DNA of 44,342 nt, filler included, from Jimgerdemannia flammicorona (Eukaryota): the NCBI GenBank assembly GCA_003990765.1. It is 2 parts of 2 records of this genome, joined end to end, with 100 filler letters (N's around TTAATTAATTAA, not from the genome) between each part and the next. Parts side by side here need not be neighbours in the genome. Positions count along the whole stretch, not along the records: positions 22,223 to 44,342 come from RBNJ01001333.1; 1 more part is not named here. One strand, written 5' to 3'. The position numbers were made by a program, and so were the translations under genes. Position 1 is the first letter of the stretch; the number at the start of each line of letters is the position of its first letter. The notes under the pieces are model-generated. The model was not told the origin of the DNA. It saw only the letters and a program-made list of their open reading frames with translations, and made no database searches. Below, in pieces: positions 22,223 through 33,401 of this stretch.

Positions 22223-25200
22223 AGATGAGTTCTTCTGGAGGTCCATATCTGAGTGTGAGTCTATGGAGGAGGCCTACAATGGTTAAGGCATCTGCAATTT
22301 CCATTGGAAAAGCCTCGGGCCACTTGGTCAGATGTTCTACAAATACAAGAATGTATTTGTTTCTTCTTGGTGTAACTGGTAGAGGTCCAATTACATCTAC
22401 TCCCCATCTTTGAAAGATGTGAGTGGGTGGGGGAATCGGTTGCAGAGGGGCTTGATAGTTCTTCTTTCCTTGGTACTTCTGGCAGATGTCACATTTCTGG
22501 ATGATGTCCCGAACTTGAGTTCTGAGGTGGGGCCAATGTTGATGTTGTTTTCGAATCCTGTCTTCTATGCTTGTCTGTCCTTGGTGGGCTTTCTGATATT
22601 CTTTTCAGATAAGATCTTCTTGTGTATTGATAGTCTGAGGAGCTTCCTTTAGGGTGTGGTTCCTCGAGACACCCTTCCTCTGATTCATTTGGGCTGGCGG
22701 GAAAGTACATCAACATTGTTGTGGGCTTTCTCTACTTTGTGAATGATGGTGATTTTGTAATCCTGAAGGATAAGGATCCAGCGGGCTAGAATTCCAGTAG
22801 GTTCCTTGTGGTTGAATAGCCATTTGAGGGCTGCATGGTCTGTGATCAGAGTGAACCTTTTTCTGATGAGGTAATGCTTGAACAGGGTGACTGCCCATAT
22901 GACTGCAAGGCATTCCAGTTTGGTGCTACCATAGTTCATCTGCTGCTGGTTGGTAGCCCTGCTTGCATAAGCTATCACATGGTACTGTTGGTCAGGTCCT
23001 TCTTGGGCTAGAACTGCTCCTAGGCCATCTTTAGAAGCATCTGTATACAAGATGAATGGCTTCTGTAGATTGGGGTGTACAAGAATTAGTGCTATAGTCA
23101 TATGGTTCTTGAGTTCTCTGAAGGCTTTTTCCTGTGATTCTGTCCATTTGAATGGCACTCCTTTCTTGAGAAGGGTTTGGATTGGGGCAGCAATTTGGGC
23201 AAAGTCTTTGATAAACCTTCTGTAGTAAGATACTAGCATCAAGAATGATAGTGTTTCCTTTAGAGTCTTGGGTACCAGCCAATTGTTGATCTTCTTGGTT
23301 TTCTTTGGGTCTGCATGAGTTCCTTCTTTTGAGACCATGAATCTAAGGAATTCGAGTTTCTGTTTTCCAAAGTAGCATTTCTTTGCATTCAGTCTCAAGT
23401 GATTCTTGCAGGTGAGCTTGAAGAATTCCTCTAGGTGGTACAGGTGTTCTTTGAAATTTGCTGAATAGATGTTGGAATCATTCATGTATACAATCAGACA
23501 GTAGTGGATCAAGGGGCATAGACTGAATTCATCATCCTCTGGAAGGTGGGGGGTACATTGCAAAGTCCAAAGGACATTCAGAGATATTCAAACAGTTTTT
23601 CTAGAGCAAGGAAGGCTGTCTTTTGAATGTCCTTGGGGTCCATCAGAATCTCATGGAATCTCACAAAGAGGTCCATACTGCTGAAATATCTGGCATCTTG
23701 TAACTGGTCCAAAAGGTCATCGATTCTGGGCAAAGGATAAGCATCCTTTTCAGTGACTGAGTTGAGTTTTCTGTAATCCATGCAGAGTCTCCATCCTCCT
23801 TTCTTTGGTACAATAAGTATAGGGCTGGCCCAGGGGCTGGTAGAGGGTTGGATGACTCCATTGTCTAAGAGTTCTTGAATGTGCTCCTTTTCAAATGTTT
23901 TCAAGTGATGGGGTATTCTATAGGGTTTCTGCCGGGTAGGTGTTGCACTTCCTGTATTTATGCTGTGGTGATATGATGGATTGTATGGCAGGTTGCCATA
24001 ATCAGTGGTGAAGATATCTTGATATTTGTTGAGAAGTCCTACTAGTTGTTGCTGTTGTTCAGGTGTCAATTCTTCTCCAATGTTGGTGGAAGGCTTCACT
24101 GTCTCCTGGGTCGCAGAGGGGCCTTTCCTTTCTTCTGGGACCTTTTGCCGTTTCCTGATAGGTTTAGTTCATAAACTTCTCTATGAGTTTGATTGAGAAA
24201 AGGCACCAGATGTCCTATGATGGTTCCTTTTGGCAGGATGATGATCTCCCAACTTTGGTTGATTGCTTGGGAGTGTACTGGGTTCATTTTGTCAGGGAAT
24301 GTGTGTCCCTCTATGTCCAGGTGTGGGATATCTTTCTTGGGTTCAAAGAAAAGGTTCCTGGGGTCGGGTGGTGCAAATATTTCAAAGGTGGTCTGTTCTC
24401 CAGGCTCCAGGATGAGATTCTTGTGTAGTCTGACTGGTTGCCAGTATACTTGCTGGGGAATATTTCTCTTGAGGTGGTTGACTTGAAGGAGATGTACCTC
24501 TTTCATGTCTGAACTTCCAAATCCCTTAGCTTGTCTTGTTCCTTCAGTTAGTTCAGAGACTTCCTGTAACTGTGGGGTCTTGACCTTCATGAAGACTGCT
24601 TGGGCAATCTTCTGTCCTCTAATGATTCGGTGCCATTCTGCACTGCTATTGTGTAGGATAACCTTGATTTCGCCTGTATATCCAGGGTCAATAGTTCCTC
24701 CTTCTATAGTTATTCCTTGTCTGGCAAGTCCAGACCTTGAGGTCAGTTGAATATAAGCTCCTTGAGGCGGCTGCATGGCTAATCCAGTTCTGACCATGAA
24801 GGTCTTTCCAGGCTTGATGGATTCATCCTCTAGGCTGTGAAGATCATATCCTACATCCTCTGAGTGGGCTTTAGTCCGGGGTTTGGCCTTGGGGTGCAGC
24901 AGGGCATACTGGGCAATGTCCTTGCTGAGTTCAGGCTTTCCTAGGGCTGAAGCTCCACCAGCAGAAAGCCTCCAAGCTCTAAGGTTGAGGTATGGCCATC
25001 TGGCTCCAGTAGAGGGGTCTCAGAGGTAATTGATTCCCCTCCTTCCTGTAGGGTCAAGGGCTTCCATGAAGTTGGTGGCATCTTCTGCCCATCCTTGGCA
25101 GGTTACATGTCTGATGAGAGCTAGGTTGTCTTCTCCCAAATTATAGATCTTGAGAGTTCTTTTTCCAGGCTTCTTGGTCTGCCTTTTTCGAATCTGGCTT

Positions 25201-28099
25201 TTTCAAATCTGGCTTCAGTTGTCTCCTTTCTTCAAGGTGTGCACTGCAACATCATGGCTGAGGTGAATCTTCTGATGTCTGCAGTCTCGGAAATCAGGGT
25301 GTCTCCCATGGTTGCAATATCCCATTGCTTGGAAATGATATTTCCGGCTATTTATCTCTTGTTGTCTGGGGAATTGGTATCCATCTTGGTCATAGGTTGG
25401 AGGAAGAGTAGACAAGGGGAATATTTCTGTTTGGGTAAAGAAGTCTTATCCCCTAAATCGACTTTGTAATCTTGTGGTGACTTCTTGGAAGGTGGTAGAC
25501 TGTGCAAGAGTAGTTGGGGGTTCTGGTCTCTGGGGTCTCTGTCTTTCTTGTTGATCCAACAGATGACACTGATAGCAGTAGTCTCAGGGAGAATGGAAGA
25601 CCATTTGATGTGAACATCTTCCTAGCTGGAAAGCTTTCTCTTAGTGGGTTTCTTTCTTGCGGATAATGGTGATGGTACTGGGTCCTTCCTCTGTATTCCA
25701 GGGATCATTGTCTTCTAGTAGTGTCCAGCAAGGGTCATCCCAGGGGATCATTTCAGGGACTTCTTCTTCATTGGGTGCTTCTTGTTCAGGAACTTCTTGG
25801 TCAGAAGTTTCTTCTTCCTCAGATGATTCTTGACCCCAAATTGCTTATACCTCTGCAGCTTCGGTTGCAGGTGTTTCTGGAACATATCTGCATTTCTTCT
25901 TCTTTCTTCTGCATTCTGGGCAGGCTGCGCCAGGCAATTTCCTTGTTCCCATGATCTTGGAGGAGTGCTTGGGACACTTGTGTCTCTTGAGGCATGTGGG
26001 GCATCCTTTGGCTTCTCCTGCAATGGCTCCAATGGTGATGGGGATGGTGTTCTTAGCCCACACATTGTCTTCTGGTCTGTCATCCACCAGGTTAATTCGA
26101 GGATTGAGTCTGGGATCATTTCCATCTTCAGATTCTTCTTCTTCTTCTGTGGTAGATTCTTCACTACTGGCATACTCTTCCTAAATAATAACCTTCTTTT
26201 CCTTCTTTGATTGCTCATAGCTGGTCACCTTAACCCTATACTTCTTGTCTCGGTAGTCAAACTTGAGTACTTGTTGGCCAATATCAACAACTGCATTCAT
26301 TTCCTTCATCCAGTTGGTGCCAAGAATCATATCATAGGTGACAGCTTCGGTGACAACAGCTTTGGGGATGGAGAACTGAATGTGTCCAAGGGAGATAGTG
26401 ATATTTCGTACTTCTCCGAGGGGTTGAGTTCGGGCTCCATCTGCTACTATGATGCTGAGGTTGGATGGTCCATCAATGGGCCATTGGAGGGTGTCCAGGA
26501 ATCGTTTGGCAATGACACAGACAGCTGCTCCTGTATCTATAAGGATTTTTGCTTTTTGTCCTCCAATGTCTCTATGTAAGTAAGTGCTGACATGTCTTTC
26601 AGCTGCTTGGACAGGGATGGAGGCTGGTTCTTGCTGTGGGATTAGAACTTGGCCAGTGCTAGACCTTGTGGTTCTCAGCAATTTGTTTTGAACTCCAGCT
26701 GGTGTCAATTACAAGAACTGCAGGAGAGAAACTTCCATCTTGGCTTCTTGAATCTTCTGCCAGGCTTCATTGTAAATGTCTCTAGGTATGGTCCTTGGAG
26801 TGTACTTCTTCTTGGACTTTGGAGCAGCAGGTTCCCATTCTTCTTGTTCCATTTCTTCATCTTCTGGTGGCAATTCATTTGTCTCAGGCACAAAGGGTGA
26901 GGGGGTTTGGGGAGGTGTTTCAACTTGTTCCTCCTCATGTTCTTCATCTTCTTCTTGAACAATTCTCCTGCTGATGTTCCTGGATGGTCTTCCCACAGGT
27001 CTCTTTCTTTTTTCTGCTGGGTAGACTGTCTTTCGGGTGGTAACCTTGGTAGGATACAAGTCTAGATCACTATAGTCTTCACTGTTGCTTGCTTCCTCGA
27101 AATCTTCAACAGGGTAGGCTTCAGTCTTCTTGTACTGAGTGTCACTCCTTCAGTTTGGTGGTTCTGAGTCCCTTTGGTCACTTCTTTTGTTGTCACATTC
27201 AGTGGCATAGTGTCCAAATTGTCCACAGTGGAAGCATTGGACTTGGGCTCTGTCTTGAACAGGGTACCTTCTTTCTTCTTGCTGGTAATTTCTGTTGTCT
27301 CTTGGTGGATAACCTTGGCTCCTCTGTGGTGGGTACCCTCTGTTGTTTTAGTAGTCCCGATTTTTGCATATATGGTGAGTTTTTCAATCTATCCCACCAA
27401 TCAGTCTAACTTGGAGCTAAGATCTTGAATTTCACTTCTGTCCTTCTTTCCTTCCTTGGCTGGCCTTCTTTCTTTGGATCTTTCTTATCCTTGAAGGAGT
27501 CCTTGCAGGGCCTTGACCAGGATATCTTCTTTATCTTCCTTTTTGTCATGATCACTCCAGGTGGTTCCTTACCTGACATTAAAGAATCCTTGGGCTGCAT
27601 CTACTTGCTCTTCAGACCTTCTGATGCCTAAGGTGCAGACATGCTGGGCAATATTCAGGGGAATTCCATTCATGAAGGTCATTGGGCCTATAATGTCTTG
27701 GTTGGTGGCATTGAACCTAGCAGAATGCATCCTCTTCTGGATTCTTGTGAAGAAGGCTCTGGGTGATTCTCCAAGATTCATCTTCATTCTCAAGATAGAT
27801 TCCTGAGCCTTGTGGCAGGTTTCATTTCCTGCATACTTTTCGATGAGCCAGTGGACCATGGACTCATATTCTAGCTCATCAGAGAATGCTGCTTGTATCT
27901 GTCTTGCCAGTTCCGAATCTGGGTTGTTTGCTGTTCAGTGGAAAATTCCTCTGGCTGGTTCTCTAAGCTGGGCTTTGTAGATGGCAATTTTTCTTTCATC
28001 TGAGAGGTTTCTCAAGGCTGCAATTCCTTCGATTCCATCAAGGAATTCTCTGGGGTCTTCCTCCAGGTATCCTGCAAAGGTTGGCAATGAGGTGGCCAT
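22223..28099 (-). pseudogene. gag-pol: Gypsy C gag-pol, disrupted
   Basis: MATSLPTFAGYLEEDPREFLD, CFHCGQFGHYATEC, ILIDTGAAVCVI, SPWASP..WRLCMDYRKLN..YPLPRID, YMND (YTDD in D), TDASKDGLGAVL, CDICQ..WGVDVIGPLP. Confidence 0.92.
24510..24908 (-). pseudogene. dut: dUTPase domain between protease and RT (Gypsy C)
   Basis: VGYDL, SRSGLA, GTIDPGYTGEI, GQKIAQ, RQAKGFGSS. Confidence 0.95.
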
Positions 28100-28636
28100 T
28101 TCGTTGTCACTTTCTTCTGATTCTGGTTCAGGTTTGGATTCTGATTCTGATTCACTTTCTGAACTGTCACTAGAGATAAGAGTGCTTGGATATCTTGAAG
28201 ATGGTGTTCTGGTCCTTGGGTGAGGTGGAATAGGCCTAGGTATCCTTGTAGGAGCTACTTCTGGTTCTGCAAGAGGTTGTGGTAAGGGTTCTATTGGTGA
28301 GATTGGTGGGACTAGTATGGGGTGTCTGGCTGTGAAATGTTGGGTCGAGGTAATAAGGTCTTCTAGTTCTTGTGTAAGTTCTCCAAAAACTCCAGCAGGA
28401 CTGTCTGTATTATCTGGTTGATCTGGTTGGAGATTTTGGGCTGTACTGCCTCCTGCTTCTGGTTGGAATCCTTCTGATGCTGGGTAGTTGGCAAGTCTTG
28501 AGGTGATTACTTCTCTTCCTGTCCAAATGCTAGTGATGACTAGTTCTCCTGTAGTGGCAGAGGTTGGTGTTGTGTTTAATGTATCCAGTTTGACTGTGGG
28601 TTCTTGTGAGCTGAAAAGTCATGTTGATCTGAAATC

Positions 28637-28654
28637 TTCCCAGTTGAGCCTCCA
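28637..28654 (-). other. Primer binding site, tRNA-Pro-like (Gypsy C)
   Basis: TGGAGGCTCAACTGGGAA 2 nt after the LTR. D has TGGGGCTCAACTGAG. Both resemble Pro-type PBS TGGGGGCTC..CCGGGA after transitions. Confidence 0.55.
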
Positions 28655-28656
28655 AA

Positions 28657-30269
28657 TGTAACATGCCAGCTCAATAGAGGCAAATTACAAGGTTTGGGGG
28701 TTGATGTAGTTTGGCTTGAGCCCACAGTTACTTTGTCAAAAAGCAACACAATGTTCTAAGATTCCTGAGGTCCTTGGTGTTTACTGGTATAATAGTCAAG
28801 AGCTGGATATCTGCAAGCGATTCTGGCGATTTCCTTATTGGGACAGTTCTCTGGATGTAGTGGTGGTTTATGTGAACAGATTTCCTTCTTGGGTCAACTG
28901 GGAATGGCACAATTTGTGTGTAGTGCAAGTGGCTTCCTTCTTGAGTAATGGGTGATTTCTGTGTAGCACAACGATCTCCTTGTATGTGACAGTCTGGCAA
29001 TTTAGCAGTTCTTCTTATGCAATTACTGTGTGATGATCTTGTGTAGCACAACGATCTCTGTATAGCGCAGTGGGTTCCTTATGTGGATGTTCTGATAATT
29101 CGGTGGATAACTCAATTTGGCTCACTGGGAATCGTATGGTATGGATTCTTCCTAGGCTCACTGGGAATAACGAATAACTCAGATGTCGCAGGAGGCGTGT
29201 AATTTGATAACTCAGATAACTCGGGTGGTGCAGATTCTTCCTGAATCGGCAGGCATCTGGGAAATAACTCAGATGGCACAGATCCTTCCTGAATCAGTGG
29301 TTTCTTGAGGACAGTGGCTTAACTGGGAATTAACTCGGATGGCATGGATTCTTCCTGAATTGGCGGAGTTCTTCTGGGAATGTAGCGGATAACTCGAAAA
29401 TGGCAGATGGCATGGATTCTTCCTGAATCGGCAGCTTTAACTGAGAATACGATAGCACAGATCCTTCTAAATCAGCAGCTTCAACTGGGAATACAATGGT
29501 GCGGATTCTCCCTGAATTGGCAGCTTCGACTGGGAAATGGGATGGCAGCTTAGAAAGGGTCTCTTGGCAAAGTTGTGTTAATGACTGGCTTCGTTTGCGT
29601 GAATGGATTACTGCGAAGTTGTGTCAGAAACTGGCTGGAGCAAGGCAGCTTTCTAATGCAGATAACTTGGAAATGGTGGCTTATTCCTTAAGTGGCGGGT
29701 TACTCAAAGGTGGTGAAGTTCTCCTTGAACTTAGGTGGCAAATCTTCAGGCTTATCTGGCAAGCAAACCAAAAAATGAACTCATTCTTTGTATTGGAATG
29801 TGGACTGGAGTGGAAAGGGGAAATAAGCTCACAATCTCATAACAGTGGCTATAGAGTTCCTCTCGAAGTGTGGTAGGCAGACTTGTCTTTTGCTTCAATT
29901 TCAGACTTTTCAGACTGAGGTTTTATTCACTCTCGCCTCTGGGGTAATTTATACAAGTTGGTTGCTATCTGGTTGCTATGTGGCTAACTATAGATTTGCT
30001 ATCTTCAGTAATGTTTGGATGTATCCTCTGGGTACAGGTGTGTCCACAGGACATGAGTGTGTCCATAGGACATGAGTGTGTCTGCCGGACATAAGTGTGT
30101 CCTCAGGACACAGGTAAACAATCCTGATCTGGTGTCTTGGCTAATTATAAGTGTGGTGGGCATAAGTAACTATGATATACTGAAAGTCACATTATATTAA
30201 GTAAGTATGCTAATTGTTCATGTCATCTGGCTAAGTTATAATTCAGGTGCTACATTTTAGTCTATCACA
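28657..30269 (-). repeat. 5' LTR of Gypsy C (~1613 bp) with internal repeat arrays
   Basis: TGTGATAG...GTTACA termini on the minus strand. Homologous to the D LTRs. TATA at ~29947-29953. Confidence 0.85.
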
Positions 30270-30909
30270 ATATCTATACTTTATAATACCTGTCTACCTC
30301 CACTCACTTTACTCACTCTGGTGCTGAGGCTCTACTCTGCTCTAGTCATGAGACTCTAGACCTGACACCTGTATCTTTATGTGCTAATGATTTTTAGGTT
30401 TTTAAACCTATAAGTAACAATTATATGATAATATGTGATAGTTATTAGTTTACTTCTATTTTTGGTATTTGTTTTAGTTTTGGATAACATTAGATCATGT
30501 GACCAGTACCTTTTCCCAATTGTTTCTATATTGAGTTTTTAATGACCTATCATATGTATAGATTGATGAAGCCTGATTCAGACCTTTGTTTGGATTAGGG
30601 CAAGATCTGGACACTTATGTACCAATCTTATTCTGGAATTCTGGGTTTATATCTATGTATCTTATATATATACATTATTTTCATTTTTGAATAAAGACTA
30701 TCACATATTATGATACTATAAGCAGATTGCAAATCTATTGTACCTTGCTTAGGAAAATACTTTATTTCACTTTTTTGTTCTATTATAAAAATTCATATAT
30801 ACTTATTGTTTCCTACTGCTTGACCTATTACCACCAATCTTCATTTTTACCATAATAATATCTTATCTTGCTCAAATCTCTTTCTCTATTATCTACATAT
30901 TTTATAATA
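30270..30909 (+). repeat. Copy 1 of the leader (pseudo-LTR-like segment) of the Penelope-like element
   Basis: Collinear with 41334-41969. Stops ~20 nt short of the ORF1 ATG and is followed by an A-run. Confidence 0.75.
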
Positions 30910-30970
30910 AAAAAAAAAACAAATGCCAAAAACAGAACTAGATCAATGACTGTTATGCCTGCATACCTAC

Positions 30971-32845
30971 TATAATGAGCAAAAGAATTGTACTGCCAAA
31001 ATCATAAATTAGCCATATATTATATCTAGTGCACTAAGCAATCAAGACTATTTTACTGCACCAATCTGTATATTTAGCCAGAAATACCAGAAACATTATG
31101 TTTATCTGTACCCTTAAGGTATACTGTACCCTCAAGATACACAATACCCTCAAGATATACTGTACTCTCAAGGAACACTTATCATAGTTAGCAAGCTATA
31201 GTTAGCAATATAGTAACGAGATAGCAACTAACTTCTATAAATTACCCCAGAGATAAGAGTGAATAAACCTCAGTCTGAAATTGAATCTAAAGCAATAGCA
31301 TTCCTTTTCTATTCTAGTCCACTTTCTGATACAAAGCTGATTTTGCTGCCAAGTTCAAGTAAAGAACTTTACCATCTTTGGAATTATTGGTATACTTGCC
31401 AGACTAAGCCTGATGAACCCGAGTTTGCTACCAAGTTCATGGAAGAACTTTACTGCCTTTTGAAGAACCCACTACTTAAGGAATAAGTTATACTATTGGT
31501 ATACTTATCAGACTAAGCCTGAAGAACTGATTTGCTGATTTTGCTGCCAAGTTTGAGTGAAGAACTTGACCACCTTTGGTATTATTAGTATGCTTGCCAG
31601 ATAAAGCCTGAAGAATCTAAGTTTGCCACCAAGTTTAAGAAAGAACTTCACTGTCTTTTGAAGAACCCATCACTTAAGGAATAAGTCACACTATTGATAT
31701 ACTTGTCAGACTAAGCCAGAAGAGAATAAGTCTGAAAGTTCAAAATTGAATCTAAAAAGGAAAAGACAAGTCTGTCTATTACACTTTGATAGATATGCCT
31801 GCTAAAAGCCACTTAATCTAGAAAGGATTGTAATACTTAGGAGAAATACTCACTCTAAAGTCACTACTAGGAGATTGTGAACATTAGTCCTCTTTTTCTA
31901 CTTCAGTTCACTTTTTAAAATAAAGTTTTGGTTCACTTGCCAGATAATTCTGAAGATTTGCTACCTAAGTTCAAGTGAAGAACTTTGCCACCTTTTGAAG
32001 AGAAACCCACCATTCTCAAGTTATCTATATTCACAGAGAACCTCACTGATTCAGAAAGAATCTGTGATGTTCAAGTTGTTTATATTCTCAGTTAAAGCCA
32101 CCAATTCAGGAAGAATCCATGTCATCTGAGTTATCTATACCATCCAAGTAATTTCCCAGTTAAAGCTACTACTTTCAAGAAGCCTGCCAACTCAGAAAGA
32201 ATCCATGTTATCTGAGTTATCCATGCCATCCAAGTTATTTCCCAGTTAAAGCTACCACTTTCAAGAAGCCTGCCAACTTAGGAAGAATCTGCACCACCTA
32301 AGTATTATTCTCAGAAGCCCACCAATTTAGGAGGAATCTGTGACATCTGAGTTACCTGAGTTATCTGAATTATCTGTGACATATTCATTATTTCCAGTGA
32401 GCCTAAGTTATCAAGCCAGTATAATTCCCAGTAAGGAGAATCCATACTGAACCAAGTTATCTGCCAAATATGCATAAGGAATATCACCAAATCATCATGC
32501 TATACAAAAGATCATCATGTAGAAATTATATACTTTTGGAAATTGCTGCTACTTAAGAAGGAAACCACTAAATTGTCAGATCGTCCTGCATCAGGAATCT
32601 CCTCATGCTAAATATGAAATTCTGTCAATTCCCAGTTGATCTAAGAAGGAAACCCATTCACACATCCAGAGAACCATCTCAATAAGGAATCCTGATGAAA
32701 TCGACCATTGTATCCAGAACTTGACTATTATACCACTAAACACCAAGAATATTTTATTACTTTTAACAAAGTAACTAGAGGCTGAAGCCCAACCACATCA
32801 ATCTCCAACCTTGTAATTTGCCTCCATTAAGCCAGGCACATTACA
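30971..32845 (+). repeat. 5' LTR of Gypsy D (~1875 bp)
   Basis: T(A)TAATGAGC...CATTACA followed by TTTGGGGCTC (PBS at 32848). Contains a ~190-bp tandem duplication at ~31337-31712. Confidence 0.9.
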
Positions 32846-33401
32846 TTTGGGGCTCAACTGAGAAGATTTTAAAATCAATATAACTTTTCAGCTCACAAGA
32901 ACCTGCAGTCAAACTGGATATATTTGATACAATACTAATCTCAGTCACTACAGAAGAACCAGTTATTACCAGTATCTGGACAGGAAGAGAAGTAATCACC
33001 TCAAGACTTGCTAATTACCCAGCATCAGAAGGATCCCAACCAGAACCAGAAGGTAGTATAAACCAAAATCCTCAACCAGATCAACCAGACAATACAGACA
33101 GCCCTGTTAGAGATTTTGAAGAACTTGCACAAGAACTAGAAGATCTTATCACATAAGTCTGAGATCTTACAGCCAGACACCCCATATTAGTCCCATTAAT
33201 CTCACCAATAGTATCTTTACCACAAGCCCTTGCAGAATTGGAAGTAGCTCCTACAAGAATACCTAGACTCATTCTATTTCATCCAAGGTCTAGAACACTA
33301 TCCTCAGAATACCCAAGTACTCTCATTTCCAGTGACAGCTCAGAAAGCAAATCAGAATCAGAATCTGGACCAGAACTAGAATTAGAAGAAAGGATGATGA
33401 A

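Larger units (their letters stand above)
22223..30269 (-). mobile_element. Gypsy C: Ty3/Gypsy element of a second family (gag-PR-dUTPase-RT-RH-IN), 3' end lost in the gap
   Basis: 5' LTR 30269-28657, PBS, gag with CCHC knuckle and pol domains, all on the minus strand. Confidence 0.93.

Noticed and set aside
29100..30113. CRISPR-like array
   Set aside because: The repeats are degenerate LTR-internal modules without unique spacers, in a eukaryotic context with no cas genes.
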